This document shows, piece after piece, positions 48,950 to 61,129 of a stretch of DNA of 64,000 bases (position 1 is its first letter; each line of letters begins with the position of its first letter). The notes beneath the pieces are model-generated. The model saw only the letters and a list, made by a program, of their open reading frames with translations. It ran no database searches and was not told where the DNA came from. This DNA is from Octopus sinensis (lineage: Eukaryota), in the NCBI RefSeq assembly GCF_006345805.1, contig NC_042997.1, positions 75,454,001 through 75,518,000 on the forward strand, read 5' to 3'. The position numbers and the translations under genes were made by a program.

Positions 48950-50650
48950 TCCCCAGATGTGTCTGTAAGCATGGAGGATCTCCTCAGAATCAGTAGTTGC
49001 AACCACTCCATCAACCTCACAGGTTGTGTAGTGGGCAGTATGGATGTAGTTTCACTCAACCCATCTATAGACATAGATTTTGTTATGGGAAAATGCATTG
49101 AGATTATCTGTGAGAGTGCAGTAGAGTTCCACCAAATCAACACAAGAGAAAGGGGCCTCCTCCTTAAACTAAGCTATGACTGTGACTACCTAGACAATCA
49201 TGACTTTAGTAAATTTTGCCCTGCCAAGTCACAGCAGTGAAGAAGAGTGCTGGAGTGGCGAGACCATACCCACCCAGGACCCTGAGAACAACAGTCAGGT
49301 GAAAAGAATGATTGTACATGCAATAGGGGCTAGCATAAGAACCACATAGTAAAGTTTAGCAGGAAACTATACATGCAGGTTCAAGGTGCATCCATTGGTG
49401 TCGGTGTGACTGGAGATGTGGCCAACTGCTTCGTGACCTAGTGGGACAGAAAACTTAAACATTCCTTAGTGGAACAATCTGCAACTGTTTTGCATTAATG
49501 TAGGTATATAGATGACATAAATAATCTAGTTAGGACAAAATCTAGTTACTGTATTATAGAAACTGAGAGGAGCATAATGGGGAGCATCCAGCACTTAGCT
49601 AGCTCCATCCACCAATATATCAAAGTAACTATAGATTACCCTAGGCACCCTAACAATAGATTCCCTGTCCTTGATACTGAACAACAGAGTGCAACTCCTC
49701 CCCTCCTATTACATGAAACCCATAGCTTCTAAATATGTTGTTCACAAGAACTCAGCTCTGCCACACAACATAAAAATCAACATACTGATAGCAAACTTAG
49801 GATAATGAACAACATGTCCCCACTATGAAACAAAGAAACATGTACAGAACTTCATGCACCGCATGCAATTCTCTGGTTATGACCAGAAAGATAGGGTTCA
49901 GGTATAAAGCTAGAAAGAAGTTACACAGCATTATATGCAATGAAACCAGCAGAACCTGCCCTAGATATAGAAGTAAGGACTGGAATAGGATACAAAGAGT
50001 TTGTGACAAAGCAAACAGAGTGAACATGTGGTATTAGACAAAGAGATATCAAGGAGTGATGTTTATAGAGGCCACAGCCCATGGAAAACTAGCCCAAAGA
50101 TTTAGGAAAGCTCTGAAGGAGGCCAAACTCAACATTAAGACCATTGAAAAGCCAGGGAGCTCCATCATCACAACTATGTAGGATGTCTCCCCTTGAGAAT
50201 GACACGTGCACCAATGATAACTGTGTGGTATGTAAGATCAACCCTGGCATTAACTGTAGAACTAGAAATGTAATGTACAGCATAAGGTGCATAGAAGGTG
50301 CTTCATCATCATCATCATCGTAAAGACAAAAACATGATATACATAGATGAGACATCTAGAAGCATTGAGGAGAGAATAAATGGACATTTGAGACAATATG
50401 ACGACAAAAAACAGTTCTCCATACCAACATGCCAAAGCCAAACATGGGAGCACACTGAGTCAACTTGACATCCATATTTTATCCAAGTACCCAAAGGACC
50501 CAACACACAGACAAATGCAGGAGTATGTCCTCATAAATGAAACATCCCCAGTACTAAATAGGAAATATACATAGAAGGTAGTCATATCCCAATTCCCACA
50601 GTTTATATATACACAAATAAGGTTGTTAGGCTGTTATGTAGACGTGTGTA

Positions 50651-50683
<33 letters not shown>

Positions 50684-51362
50684 CCTGGACGAGACATTAA
50701 TATTTATAAAACCATATTAAGGGCAAAAAGCTAGTCTTACAACAGGCTAACCCACATGCTAAAAGAAGACGCCAAATGGCGCAAAACTACCTCATGTAAA
50801 TACGCACCCTCACATTTCCCATGCCCCAACACCACCACACCACATGCCACATCGCACCACACCACACACCACCACATCACACACCACACATCACATCACA
50901 CCACAACACAACACAACACACCACACATCACACCACCACACTACATTGCACCACCCTGCACACACAAGCATTGTCTACTTCCCAGCACCCACTCCACACC
51001 ATACACCACCTACACGCCTACACATGCACAAACCCACATGTCAAGGTCACTGTCACCTATCCAGCACACACATGCTCTCACATACACCCACACGTGCACC
51101 TTCGTTTTGGAATCACCACTACTTTATTATCTCCCCTTTTTCATAGTTCTCCTGTCTGACCATCGCCATGATTGACTGCTAGCTACTAAAGCTTTCTTTT
51201 TTTATTCTCTCTCTGTTTATTTTCTCATGTTCCTTTCTGTTGTAGAGCGCCGGCTCAAAACGTAAAAGACTTTCACACCTTTCCAAGCATTAAACTAATA
51301 CACCTATTTGTTGTTTACACACCTGTCTTCGTCTTTTGTTTTTTGTAAATTCCAACTATATA
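48950..51362 (+). mobile_element. Degenerate Penelope-like element (RT plus GIY-YIG) with 3' pLTR
   Basis: Remnants: VGSMDVVSLNPSID, QVQGASIGVGVTGDVA, RYIDDI and a GIY-YIG-like ETSRSIEERINGH. The terminus matches 28900-29100 and ends in (TA)n. Confidence 0.78.
50826..50950. repeat. CAC-rich degenerate tandem repeat inside the PLE 3' region
   Basis: Arrays of cacca, cacat and cacaa units. Confidence 0.85.
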
Positions 51363-52259
51363 TATATAGTTTTCACAAAAATGTTAAATACAAGTTAGCT
51401 AAGAAATTTGAATGTTATTTTAGGGGTTTGGAATTAAAATTAAGAAAAAAATAACATAAAATGAAGATTCTTCTCTAGTTTTTCACTGAAGACTCATGCA
51501 TGTTCACAAAAGAAAAGCTTTCTATTTCAATGGTTTTACAGTGAAATGCTAAAATACAAGTTGACAAAGAAAATCAAAGGTTGTTTTGGAAAGTTCTACA
51601 TACAATTTGCATATATCTAAATAAATGATCATGAAAAAGATAGTAAACAAAGTGAAATACTTTTAGAAAATATTGCATAGAATTTGAGTGTTTTTAGCAT
51701 CTTTCAAAGATGGCAGGTGAATCATATATACTGTAGTTCATTGTAGGATTTAAATAATATGACCACTTATCAGGAAATTTATAAGTTCGAATTTTCTATT
51801 TCAAGTATCACTATTATAGGTATTTATACTCCAGTGAAATTAAGAAATTGACTTGTAAATAAACAAAACCATCAAATCCATCACTACACACACACTCAAT
51901 CACATATCTATGTATGTATGAAGATAATCAAACCAAATTTTCAATGAGTGTTTCTGCCAAATTTGGTGAAAATCCGCTCAGCTGTTTTCCAGTAATTTTG
52001 CAAAAACACAAAGACAAATGATTACAATACCCTGCTTTCACTTATGTGCACAGTATAATGTTAAATTGTTTTTATATATAACTTGGCATAAAGACAAACA
52101 TTAACACATACACACACACAAAAAGGAAGAAAGCACTTGGAATTTCAGTTCCTCTTCAACAATTTCTATTATATTTTGTGAGTGGATAATATAGATAATT
52201 AGTAAGCAGTAAAGAAAAATATCTGTTGATTTTTCCAATTTATTTTTTTTTTATTTCAG

Positions 52260-52322
52260 AATACTGTCCAGGAGATGTTAGATTGTGCCAAAACACAGTG
52301 CTCTACAGTTCTTCATAATGAG
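52260..52322 (+). CDS. CARMIL: CARMIL exon 9 of window (phase 0-0)
   Basis: ttatttcag| acceptor and GAG|gtaagt donor. Encodes NTVQEMLDCAKTQCSTVLHNE, aligning to CARMIL 'LLESMVDAAENLCPNVM'. I found no further exon before the window end. Confidence 0.85.
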
Positions 52323-52609
52323 GTAAGTGATAGTTTAACTGCTATTTTTGACTGGTGTTTCTGACGGCCAGGGAAATTACTGTTTTTTGTGTCTCACTTA
52401 ATTGTGAGAAACCAAAATCGAAATTTTGTATTGCAATGGAACACTGCAGATTACCTGAGTAGCAGAATTGTGTTGCCATTTGAACTGTCTTCCTTCGTTC
52501 TGTTTCTCTCCTCTGTCTTTCCATTCTTTTTTGTGTTTATTATTGACTTTGATTTGAATTTTTGAACTTTTGTGTTGAACATTTTACATTTTATTTATTT
52601 TTCGTCAAT

Positions 52610-53828
52610 ATGGAAGCAAAAAATACTGTTTTGGAGTGGCAAATAGTGGTCCCCAAACAGTGGTTGCAGAATATTTCTGAGAGAACAGTGGTGTTAAAAA
52701 TCTATTCTAAGGTTCTTGAAACCATCACTGTGTTCTCACAGACAGACATTGGCAGACATCACAAAAAGAATTGGCAGAGTTTATCCAAAGGGGGTGTTAA
52801 ATACGTGACAGTGTGTGTGTTGTTTGACACCCCTGCAGAGGCTCAGGATTTCACAAGCAGACCCTTAGAAGGGGAGAAAATTTTGTTTCTTCCCACTTAT
52901 GAAGGGAGGAGATTGACAAGAGCTTGGATGTGTGGGCTGCCACTCGGTATAGAGCCCGAATGGATAGAAGACACTATCAGTCGGGGTCTGAGTGACAGCA
53001 CTGCCAAGCAGCTGAATGTCAGAATTCTCCCTGCAGCTGAGTGGGTGGGGTCAAAAGCAATTTTGACCCTATGGACCCAATCAGCCGATGATCTGGTTTT
53101 GCCAGATTTTTTAACAATGGCTGGTTCCAGGTACCCGGTAATCCATGAGGGACGCCGCCCCCCCCTCCAAGTGTCACCTGTGCCTGGAATTGGGCCACAT
53201 AAAGAAAAACTGTTGCCGGGACCAAGCAAAGGTCCTGGAGCAGTTAATAGAGGAACAGCCCCCTGCTCCCCCTTTGGAGGGAGAGAGGGAGGAAGTCAAG
53301 GGGGTTGCCACCCCCTCGAAAAAGAATGAAGGTGGGCAACAATGGTTGCCCAGCTATGGATCCTGAGGTAGCAGGAGGGAAGGAAGGGCTTCCGGACATA
53401 AAGGAGGAACTCCACCCTCCCATCGTATAGAAGAGAAAAAGGAGAAAGAAAAAGAATGGGACATTGCCGGCAGTTGATGGTGAACTGTCGGCATGCCCAG
53501 AAACTTTGTTGGTGGGAAGTGTGCCTCTGACAGAGAAACTGAGACCCCTTCCAGGAGATATGATTTTGTCATCTTCTTCCAGAAGGGAGGGGCAATACAG
53601 AGCTACATAGAGAAGTTGGATGACTGGAGGGAGGAGCCCATGCCCTGGACAGAGGACAAGGATTGGCCTTTGCAGGTGACTATGAAGGTCATATCGGATA
53701 TCGATATGGTTAGAGCGATGGACACCTTCTCAAAAGACATGTGTAGATATGCCTTCTGAGGCCCTGACCTGGAGCTGGAACATTGCCTAAGGGAAGCGTA
53801 TAGCCTGATCGGGGAGGAAGGAACTTAA
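52610..53828 (+). pseudogene. Tx1/L1-type ORF1 (RRM-like region plus CCHC zinc knuckle) with no ORF2 following
   Basis: Reads MEAKNTV...RRLTRAWMCGLPLGIEPEWI...YPVIHEGRRPP, then a frameshift in a C run, then KCHLCLELGHIKKNC. Later in-frame TGA stops; final TAA at 53826-53828. Confidence 0.72.
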
Positions 53829-54044
53829 TTACCTCAACTATGTGTTTTAAATTGTAAAAACTGTTGTAAGAGGTTTAATACTTCATTTTGTATTTTTTCT
53901 GAAGAACAATGTTTTAGAGAAGCAAAAATTGGCTGGCACTTTTTGTCTTCTCCCATCCTTATCATCTTCATTTCATTATCATTCACTTCATTAATGTTCC
54001 TGTCCAGCCTGCAAAGCTGCAGTCTATGTACTGCCTATAGCAAA

Positions 54045-54430
54045 TATAATGAAATAAAGTAACTTGCTTACCAACCACTTGTTTCTGGGTTCAGTCCCTC
54101 TGCATGGCACCTTGGGCAAGTGTCTTCTACTATAGTCTTGGGCTGACCAAAGTTTTGTGAGTGGATTTGCTAGAGGGAAACTGAAAGAAAACCGTCATAT
54201 ATATATATACATATATTTATGTATGTTTGTGTATCTGTGTTTGTCCAACCAGCATCACTTGATAACTGATTTTGATGCATTTATGTCCACATAACTTAGT
54301 GGTTGGTAAAAGAGACTGATAGAATAAGTACTAGGCTTACAAAGAATAAGTCCTGGGGTCAATTTGTTCAACTAAAGGCAGTACTTCAGCATGGCCACAG
54401 TCAAATGACTGAAACAAATAAATGAATAAA
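54045..54430 (+). mobile_element. tRNA-derived SINE, family C
   Basis: Contains ttgcttaccaaccacttgtttctgggttcagtccc...ggcaccttgggcaagtgtcttctactatag...cagtcaaatgactgaaac. Confidence 0.88.
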
Positions 54431-55179
54431 AAGTATAATTATCTGCTGTAAGTAGTTGGTAGTGTGAATAAATGAGTGTTTGTTTGTTTACACAACTGTA
54501 TTCGAATCTTACCGTGGGGATAACATGGAGAGAGTTAAGCCTCTCTCATATTAACTCAAACACAATGACCACCATCATTGATAGAGATGAATCAGACTGT
54601 GTTAATTGGTATGTGTTAGGCCATAATTATAGTTCTAGGGATTTGGAATCAAGAAGGGTTAGGGAAATAAGGTCTAACCAGATATAGTTTAGTTGGTGTG
54701 CACCCACCCAAGAAGTGTGCACACAGATAAATACACACACGCATGTATATGCAAATAACTACAACAAGCAGAAAACGTATGCTATTCAATGGTTTATAGG
54801 ACATGCACATGTTTCTAATTACACGGCAGTTGTATGAAACATTGTGCAGTCCTGCACATTATTTCATCAGTATCTTGCATGTATGTCCTATAAAGCATTG
54901 AATACCATATATGTTTTCTACTAAATTGTTATTATTATTTCTATTATTTGGCTCATATTCCACACACTAGCCTATCCTAAAGTGGATGCCACAAATTGTA
55001 CTACACTGGATACTGCAGTGGAGTGTGGAACCCACTTTGGAATCTAATTTTTGGTTGAGTGTTGCACTCTAAAAGTGATTCTTTGCTTCAAGTGTGTGCA
55101 TGTAAATATATGTATATATGCATGTATGTATATACACATATGCATACATATTGTTATCATTTATTTTCTACATGTTTCA

Positions 55180-55395
55180 GTGATTCAACTCCACTTTGAA
55201 AGGTGTTTAAATAAATGAATCAACCCCAATACTTTTTTTAGCCTGGTTCCTATTGTGTTTGTCTCTCTTTACCAAGCTGCTAAGTTACAAGGACATAAAC
55301 AAACAAACACCAGTTGTCAGGTTGTGAGGGACAAACACAAAGACACACAGATGTGGTTGGGAAGCAAACCTCTTACCACACAGCTATTCCTGCAC
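55180..55395 (-). mobile_element. SINE family C, internally deleted
   Basis: Tail and head segments of family C are joined directly. Confidence 0.7.
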
Positions 55396-55399
55396 CTCA

Positions 55400-55436
<37 letters not shown>

Positions 55437-55720
55437 CAAGAAGAAAATGGATGTAAATAACAAGGAGAAACTCATCGTTTTCACTTGTATGCCTTTAATT
55501 TAATTAATTAACAAAGAAGAAGGTAGCATTTACGATTGTTTTCATTTACTAGTTTTAGTAAATGTCTTCAGAATGCAAATAAGTTGATACCTCGGTAATT
55601 GTAATAAAGTTAAAATTTGTTAGTCTTACATTATATTATGTTCTTAAGGGGAGTGAATTTCATTGTAGTAGATTGATTAGTTTGTGATTCTGTTGGGTAA
55701 TTAAAGCAGAGTGTATATTA

Positions 55721-56200
55721 TTGGGTTGTCCAGAAAGTTCGTGCCAATTTTTAAAGGAAAGAAAAAGGTCAATAAATACTTGCCATTACATTTTTAATCA
55801 ACCAAATATGAACCAGTTTGTTGCACAATGTGTCTCCATCTTTCCTGTAACTTGAAAATACCCTCTTCTTATAATTGACGTGGTTTCATGGCAAAGAATT
55901 CATTAAGGTATCTTTTTACGTCATCCAGGGAATTGAAATTTTTACCATTAAGACTATTCTGCATAGACCTGAATAAGTGGAAATCTGAAGGAGCAATATC
56001 TGATGAATATGGAGGGCGGGGTAACACATCCCAGCCAAGCTGCAGCAATTTTTGTCTGGTTCCCAAAGAAACGTGCAGTCTTGCATTATTATGTTGGAAA
56101 CCAACACCCTTCCTGTTGGCCAATTCTAGATGTTTCTCTTGAATTGCTGCTTTTAATTCGTGTAATTTTGTGCAGTATTTCTCAAAATTAATTGTCTGGT
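55721..56200 (-). mobile_element. mariner 3' half (catalytic domain remnant)
   Basis: TIR TA|ttgggttgtccagaaagttcg. Protein remnants: FQHNNARLH...LGWDVLPRPPYSSDIAPSDFHLFRSMQNSLNGK. Confidence 0.88.
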
Positions 56201-56216
56201 TACTTGGGAAAAGTAA

Positions 56217-56369
56217 CATATATATATATATACATGCATGTATGTATGTATTTATTTATGTATGTATGTATGTATGTATATATGTGTGTGTGTATGTGTA
56301 TATATATATGTATGTATGTATATATATATATGTATGTGTATGTATATATATGTATGTATATATATATAT
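56217..56369. repeat. Mixed (TA)/(TATG)/(TG) microsatellite
   Basis: Visible directly in the sequence; a similar tract follows the adjacent LINE at about 58707-58760. Confidence 0.95.
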
Positions 56370-56370
56370 T

Positions 56371-58706
56371 TTCAGTTGAAAAGACTCTTCTCTCAGACCA
56401 CAACATGGTTCTCTGCAATTTTAATTCCCGACATATAAAAACCAAACCAGCCAATCCCACTCCATGGCACTCATTTGACAACATAAACTTCGACAAAGCG
56501 GACTGGTGAGCAATCAGAAAGGATCTGTCTTTCATCGACTGGTCTTTTACTCTCAATTCCACCCAAATTGAGACCGCATGGCAGCACTTTGAGAACACCT
56601 ATACATGCTCTAAAAACGCTCCTACGAAATCTAACACAAACAGAAACCAGCTCCCTAAAAAGAAAAAAACACTCATCAGGCGCATCAAAAGACTCAATAA
56701 AAAAATCAACCAATTAAAATATTCCCACATACAACATCCACATTCAACAACAATGAAAAGGCTAGAGTTGGAAAAACTTCATCTGCAGACCGACATGAAA
56801 ACCTCCATCGAAAATCAAAGAGCTGTGGAGGAACAGTGGGTAATCAAAAACATCAAACAGAACCCAAAAGTGTTCTATTCTTATGCAAATAAGCGTAGAA
56901 CCACTGTCTCACCCATTAGGCCATTGATCGATGATAACGGCATTCCTCAACATGATGCTAAAGAAATGGCAGAAATACTGCAGAAACAATACTGCTCTGT
57001 CTTTAGTGTTCCCACTGATATTGACGTAAGAGAAGCGAACGAAGTTGATTCCCAACATAAAATCTCAGATATAACCTTCACTGCCTCTGACATCATAGCA
57101 GCAATAAATGAGGTCAAATACTATTCTGCTGTAGGCCCTGATAGATTCCCCGCTAGTCTCCTGAAGGAATGTAGACACCAACTTGCAGTCCCTCTGACCA
57201 ACCTTTGGAGAAATTCATTAGACTCAGATTATATACTGAAACAGCTTCTATCCCTGTCTGTCATCCCGGTTTTCAAACAGGGAAACATATCCCTCGCAGT
57301 CAACTATCGCCCAATCTCACTCACCTCCCACATCATTAAAGTGTTTGAAAGAGGGTTAAGATCAAGGATAGCTGACTTCCTGGAGACCCACAAACTCCTA
57401 AATGCAAATTAGCATGGCTTTCGCTGTGACAGGGACTGTCTAACACAGCTCTTATACCACATTGAAGATATACTCAAAGCCTTGGGAACAGGTTCGAACT
57501 CTGATGTCATATATCTTGACTTCAGTAAAGCGTTCGACAGGGTTGACCATAATATCCTACTCTCAAAATTGGCAAATGTTGGAATCCGTGGAAAACTTCT
57601 ACACTGGATTAAGCATTTCCTGGCGAATAGAACACAACATGTTGTAGTTGATGGAGTCCACTCAAGCCCAGCAAAAGTCACCAACGGTGTCCCCCAGGGG
57701 ACTGTCTTGGGCCCGCTACTCTTTATAATTTACATAAACAACCTTTCCAGTGTCGTACATTACTGCAAAGTGAAAATATTTGCTGATGACACTAAGCTCC
57801 AGCAAATCATCAATGAAGAAGCAGACCAAACTCAACTCTAGTCTGATATATATATGCTGTGAGTCAATGGGCAGACAGAAACAAAATGCGACTGAATGAG
57901 GAAAAATTTGAGCTGATGCATTTTGGAAGAAATTCCTCACTAAAACAGCCATACTCTCTTCCTTCAGGGGAACCGCTCACAGCCTCTAACAATATCAGAG
58001 ACCTGGGTGTAATTGTTGATGAAGATCTCTGTTGGAGTGCACACATCAACAATAAGGTCGATATAGCTCGTAGGATGAGTTCCTGGATCTTAAGAACTTT
58101 CCGGTCCAGAGAACAAGGTGTCATCATACCACTTTTCTCCTCCTTTGTATGGCCACACCTCGAATACTGCTGCCCACTGTGGTCTCCTCATACAAGACAA
58201 AACATCTCGAGAATTGAATTACCCCAGAGGGCACTCACTAAATGAATTGAAGGCATGGCTGCTCTCGATTATTGGGACCACCTTATAGCCTTGAAACTCT
58301 ACTCTCTCCAGCGTCGCTGTGAGCGGTACATCATTTGTACGATGTGGAGAATATACCGTCAACTTTGCCCAAACGACCTGAACATTAGCTTCAAGGTTCA
58401 TCCAAGACTGGGACCACGGGCCATACGTCCCCTGCCCAATTCAAGATCACAGCATACATGTACACTGCAACATAATTTCTTTTCCTCAACAGGCCCTGTC
58501 CTATTTAACATTGTCCCGAAAGAGATCAAAGAGGAAAAGGATCCCATCAACTTTAAACGGAGTCTGGATAGATTCCTTCAAGGAATACCAGCTAAGCCAC
58601 CCATAATTGGATACAACTCACCCAACAAAAACTCACTACTTGAATGGACCATAAACAAAACTTGACTTAAACAGGATTCAAATAATATATCTAAGTTTAT
58701 CTAAGT
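56371..58706 (+). mobile_element. 5'-truncated CR1/L2-group LINE (end of APE, RT), few lesions
   Basis: Remnants: LLSDHN, VNYRPISLTSHIIKVFER, YLDFSKAFDRVDH, GVPQGTVLGPLLFIIYIN, IFADDTK. Tail is (tctaagttta)x2. Inserted in a TA-rich microsatellite. Confidence 0.93.
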
Positions 58707-58869
58707 TTATATATATATATATATGTATGTATGTATGCATGTGTATATATATATATATGTTGCTAATGTTAACCTAACATATCTATTATGTTTGAAAATA
58801 CTAATAAAGTAGCTACATGTTACATTACATTTAAATTCTTCTTTATATTCCTCTACCATAAACATAATG

Positions 58870-59840
58870 AATATCTAAAATATTTCAATGTAAGTTCACA
58901 TCATCACCTTAAATCTATTTTTAATACTGTAATTAAAGGTATATAAATTAGAATCTGAGATCTATCAGCATCATAGGAAATACTTAATAGCCTATTACCC
59001 ACAAGCAGTAATAGTGCTAGTGGCGTCTCACAAAAAATTACATTCTTATCTATCACTAGGCTTAAGAAATACCCCAATAATAAGAATACAACATCCTCTA
59101 CATCAGACAGAGATTCTCAATTCCCCATTAGGAACCATAAAGAGTGTAGAATGTAGCATATTCTGCCATCTCCCACACATCCATATACTACTCATGCTAA
59201 ACAATCCTTTAAATAAAATAGAATCTCCAATACAAATTCCAACTAGAAAAAACGAAAATGATTATATACCCCAAAATTACATCATAAAAGTGGAGGGAGA
59301 ACAATACTTTTATGTCTCACACACACACACACCTACCTTCTCTCTAAATGTTGAGAGCTTGGCTACGCTCTTTTTCGACATCATAGATTCCAGTTTTGTC
59401 TGCCACCATAAGTACCATTCTATCTTGAATAGATCTACCCCCAAATTATCCTACTTCTCATTACCTAATATTGAATCCAACATAGTCTCACCAAACAAGC
59501 ACAAACTTAATAGGTGTTACCAAAATAACAATTCTAAGGAGAATAGTAAATAAATATATGATAAATATAACGTTATTGATTATAACAGTAGGAATAATAA
59601 TAATACTAATATTAACCCTAATAGCAGAAATGACAGCAATAACTTTAATACTACTATTAACAATAAATACATTGAGCATATTTCTATTACTTTGGCTAAC
59701 AGCCATTCTAATGATGGGGATAATTACTTTCATAATACGACTAGAGGTACCAATAACAATATCGATAAGCACAATGGCTATGCTAGTAGTAGTAGTAACA
59801 GTAGCAGAGCAGCAATAATAACTGATACTAAGAGAGCATG
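58870..59840 (+). mobile_element. Degenerate PLE post-RT region with Asn-rich linker
   Basis: SLNVESLATLFFDIIDSSF..HHKYHSILNRSTPKLSYFSLPNIESNI resembles the PLE motif 'S.NV.T....FL...D.HF...H.YHKIFNRNT.K.SYSC.PN'. Confidence 0.5.
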
Positions 59841-59844
59841 TCAG

Positions 59845-60900
59845 ACAGATGAAATACAAAGAAAGCTCATCAGACAGATTAAAGAGAAACCTCTGCATGC
59901 CAATTTTGTATAGTCACCGAAGACATATGTAGAACAAAATCCTGGGCTTGGTTAAAAAAAGAAACAGAGAGCCTTATTGTAGCAGCCCAAGCTCAAGTGA
60001 TAAGAACAACTCATATATATGGAGAGAATATGTCAGAAAAATGTAGAGCCTGTGGAATTTGGAACGAGACAGTGGCACACATGGTGACAGAATGCTCTAA
60101 GTTGGCACTGGAAGAATATAAGAAATGGAGACATGACTAGGTTGTAAAAGTTACACACTGGATACTGCTAGTAATGAGGATTTGATGCTGGAAACACATG
60201 GCACAGTCATTGAGTCGGAAGAGTACTGGAGTCAGAGAAATGTAAGATTTTGTGAGACTTTCCTATTCAAACAGAAGAAATTAGGAAATAATAAACCAGA
60301 CATAATGGTTATAGATAAGGAAAAGCAAACTTGCTTGCTTATCAACCCATCATGCCTGTCTAACATGCTCTCTTTGTATCATTGTTATTATTGCTGCTCT
60401 GCTACTACTACATTGCTGTTGCTCTTATCGATATTTTTATTGGTACCACTAGTCGTATTATGAAAGTAATTATCCCCATCATTAGAATGGCTGTTAGCCA
60501 AAGTAATAGGAATATGCTCAATGTAATTATTTCTGCTATTAGGGTTAATATTAGTATTATTATTATTGTAAAGAAATAGGAAGGAAAACTAAGAAAATAC
60601 AGTCCCTTAAAATTTAGAATAGAAAACATTTGGAGCATGTGAGCAGTAAAGGTCATGCCTGTAACAATTGATGAATTGGGAACAGTAAGCAAAGATATAA
60701 ACAAATAGCTGAGAGAGATTGAACTGGAATGCCCAGTAGAGTTCCTATAGAAAGTTTGTCTCTTAGGCACAGCAAGGATTATCAGGAGGATTCTAAGCAC
60801 ATGAAAGATTGCCGAAAACTTCTGGATACCTAAGGTTACAGGTAGTAACCCACTATCCACATAAATCCTACCAGGAATAAGACCGAACCTGAGCTAGACC
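59845..60900 (+). mobile_element. R4/Dong-type non-LTR retrotransposon 3' fragment (RLE endonuclease)
   Basis: Remnants: KEKPLH, ETESLIVAAQAQ, CRACG...ETVAHMVTEC, RHD, NNKPDIMVIDK, CLLGTARIIRRIL. Confidence 0.82.
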
Positions 60901-61129
60901 AAGATGATAACAGCAGCATTACCTCAAGTAACAGCCACAGTAATAGACCTTCTGATGCAAACCAATAGGATACTGCTTCCTATAATCTCTCTCTGGAATC
61001 TAAAATATCTATGATGACATTTATGAATCAGTATGACATTTATGAATCAGGCTATAGTAGAAGACACTCGCCCAAGGTGCCACGCAGTGGGACTGAACCC
61101 GGGGGGAAAAATATGGAGTCGATGCAGGA

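Noticed and set aside
50756-51175. His/Thr-rich ORFs open in all three frames
   Set aside because: They are translations of a stop-free CAC-rich tandem repeat within a PLE 3' region, with no gene structure.
2181-51268. Idea that sense-strand hammerheads are selectively inactivated to protect the CARMIL pre-mRNA
   Set aside because: Antisense copies (12559, 30646, 46073) also carry core lesions, so this window shows no strand asymmetry.
56170-56509. Tyr/Met/Val/Cys-rich ORFs
   Set aside because: They are translations of the (TA)/(TATG) microsatellite.
59014-59898. AT-rich hydrophobic ORFs suggestive of a NUMT or membrane protein
   Set aside because: No recognisable mitochondrial protein motif. 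They are better explained as a decayed PLE region and the antisense of an (AAT)-rich linker.
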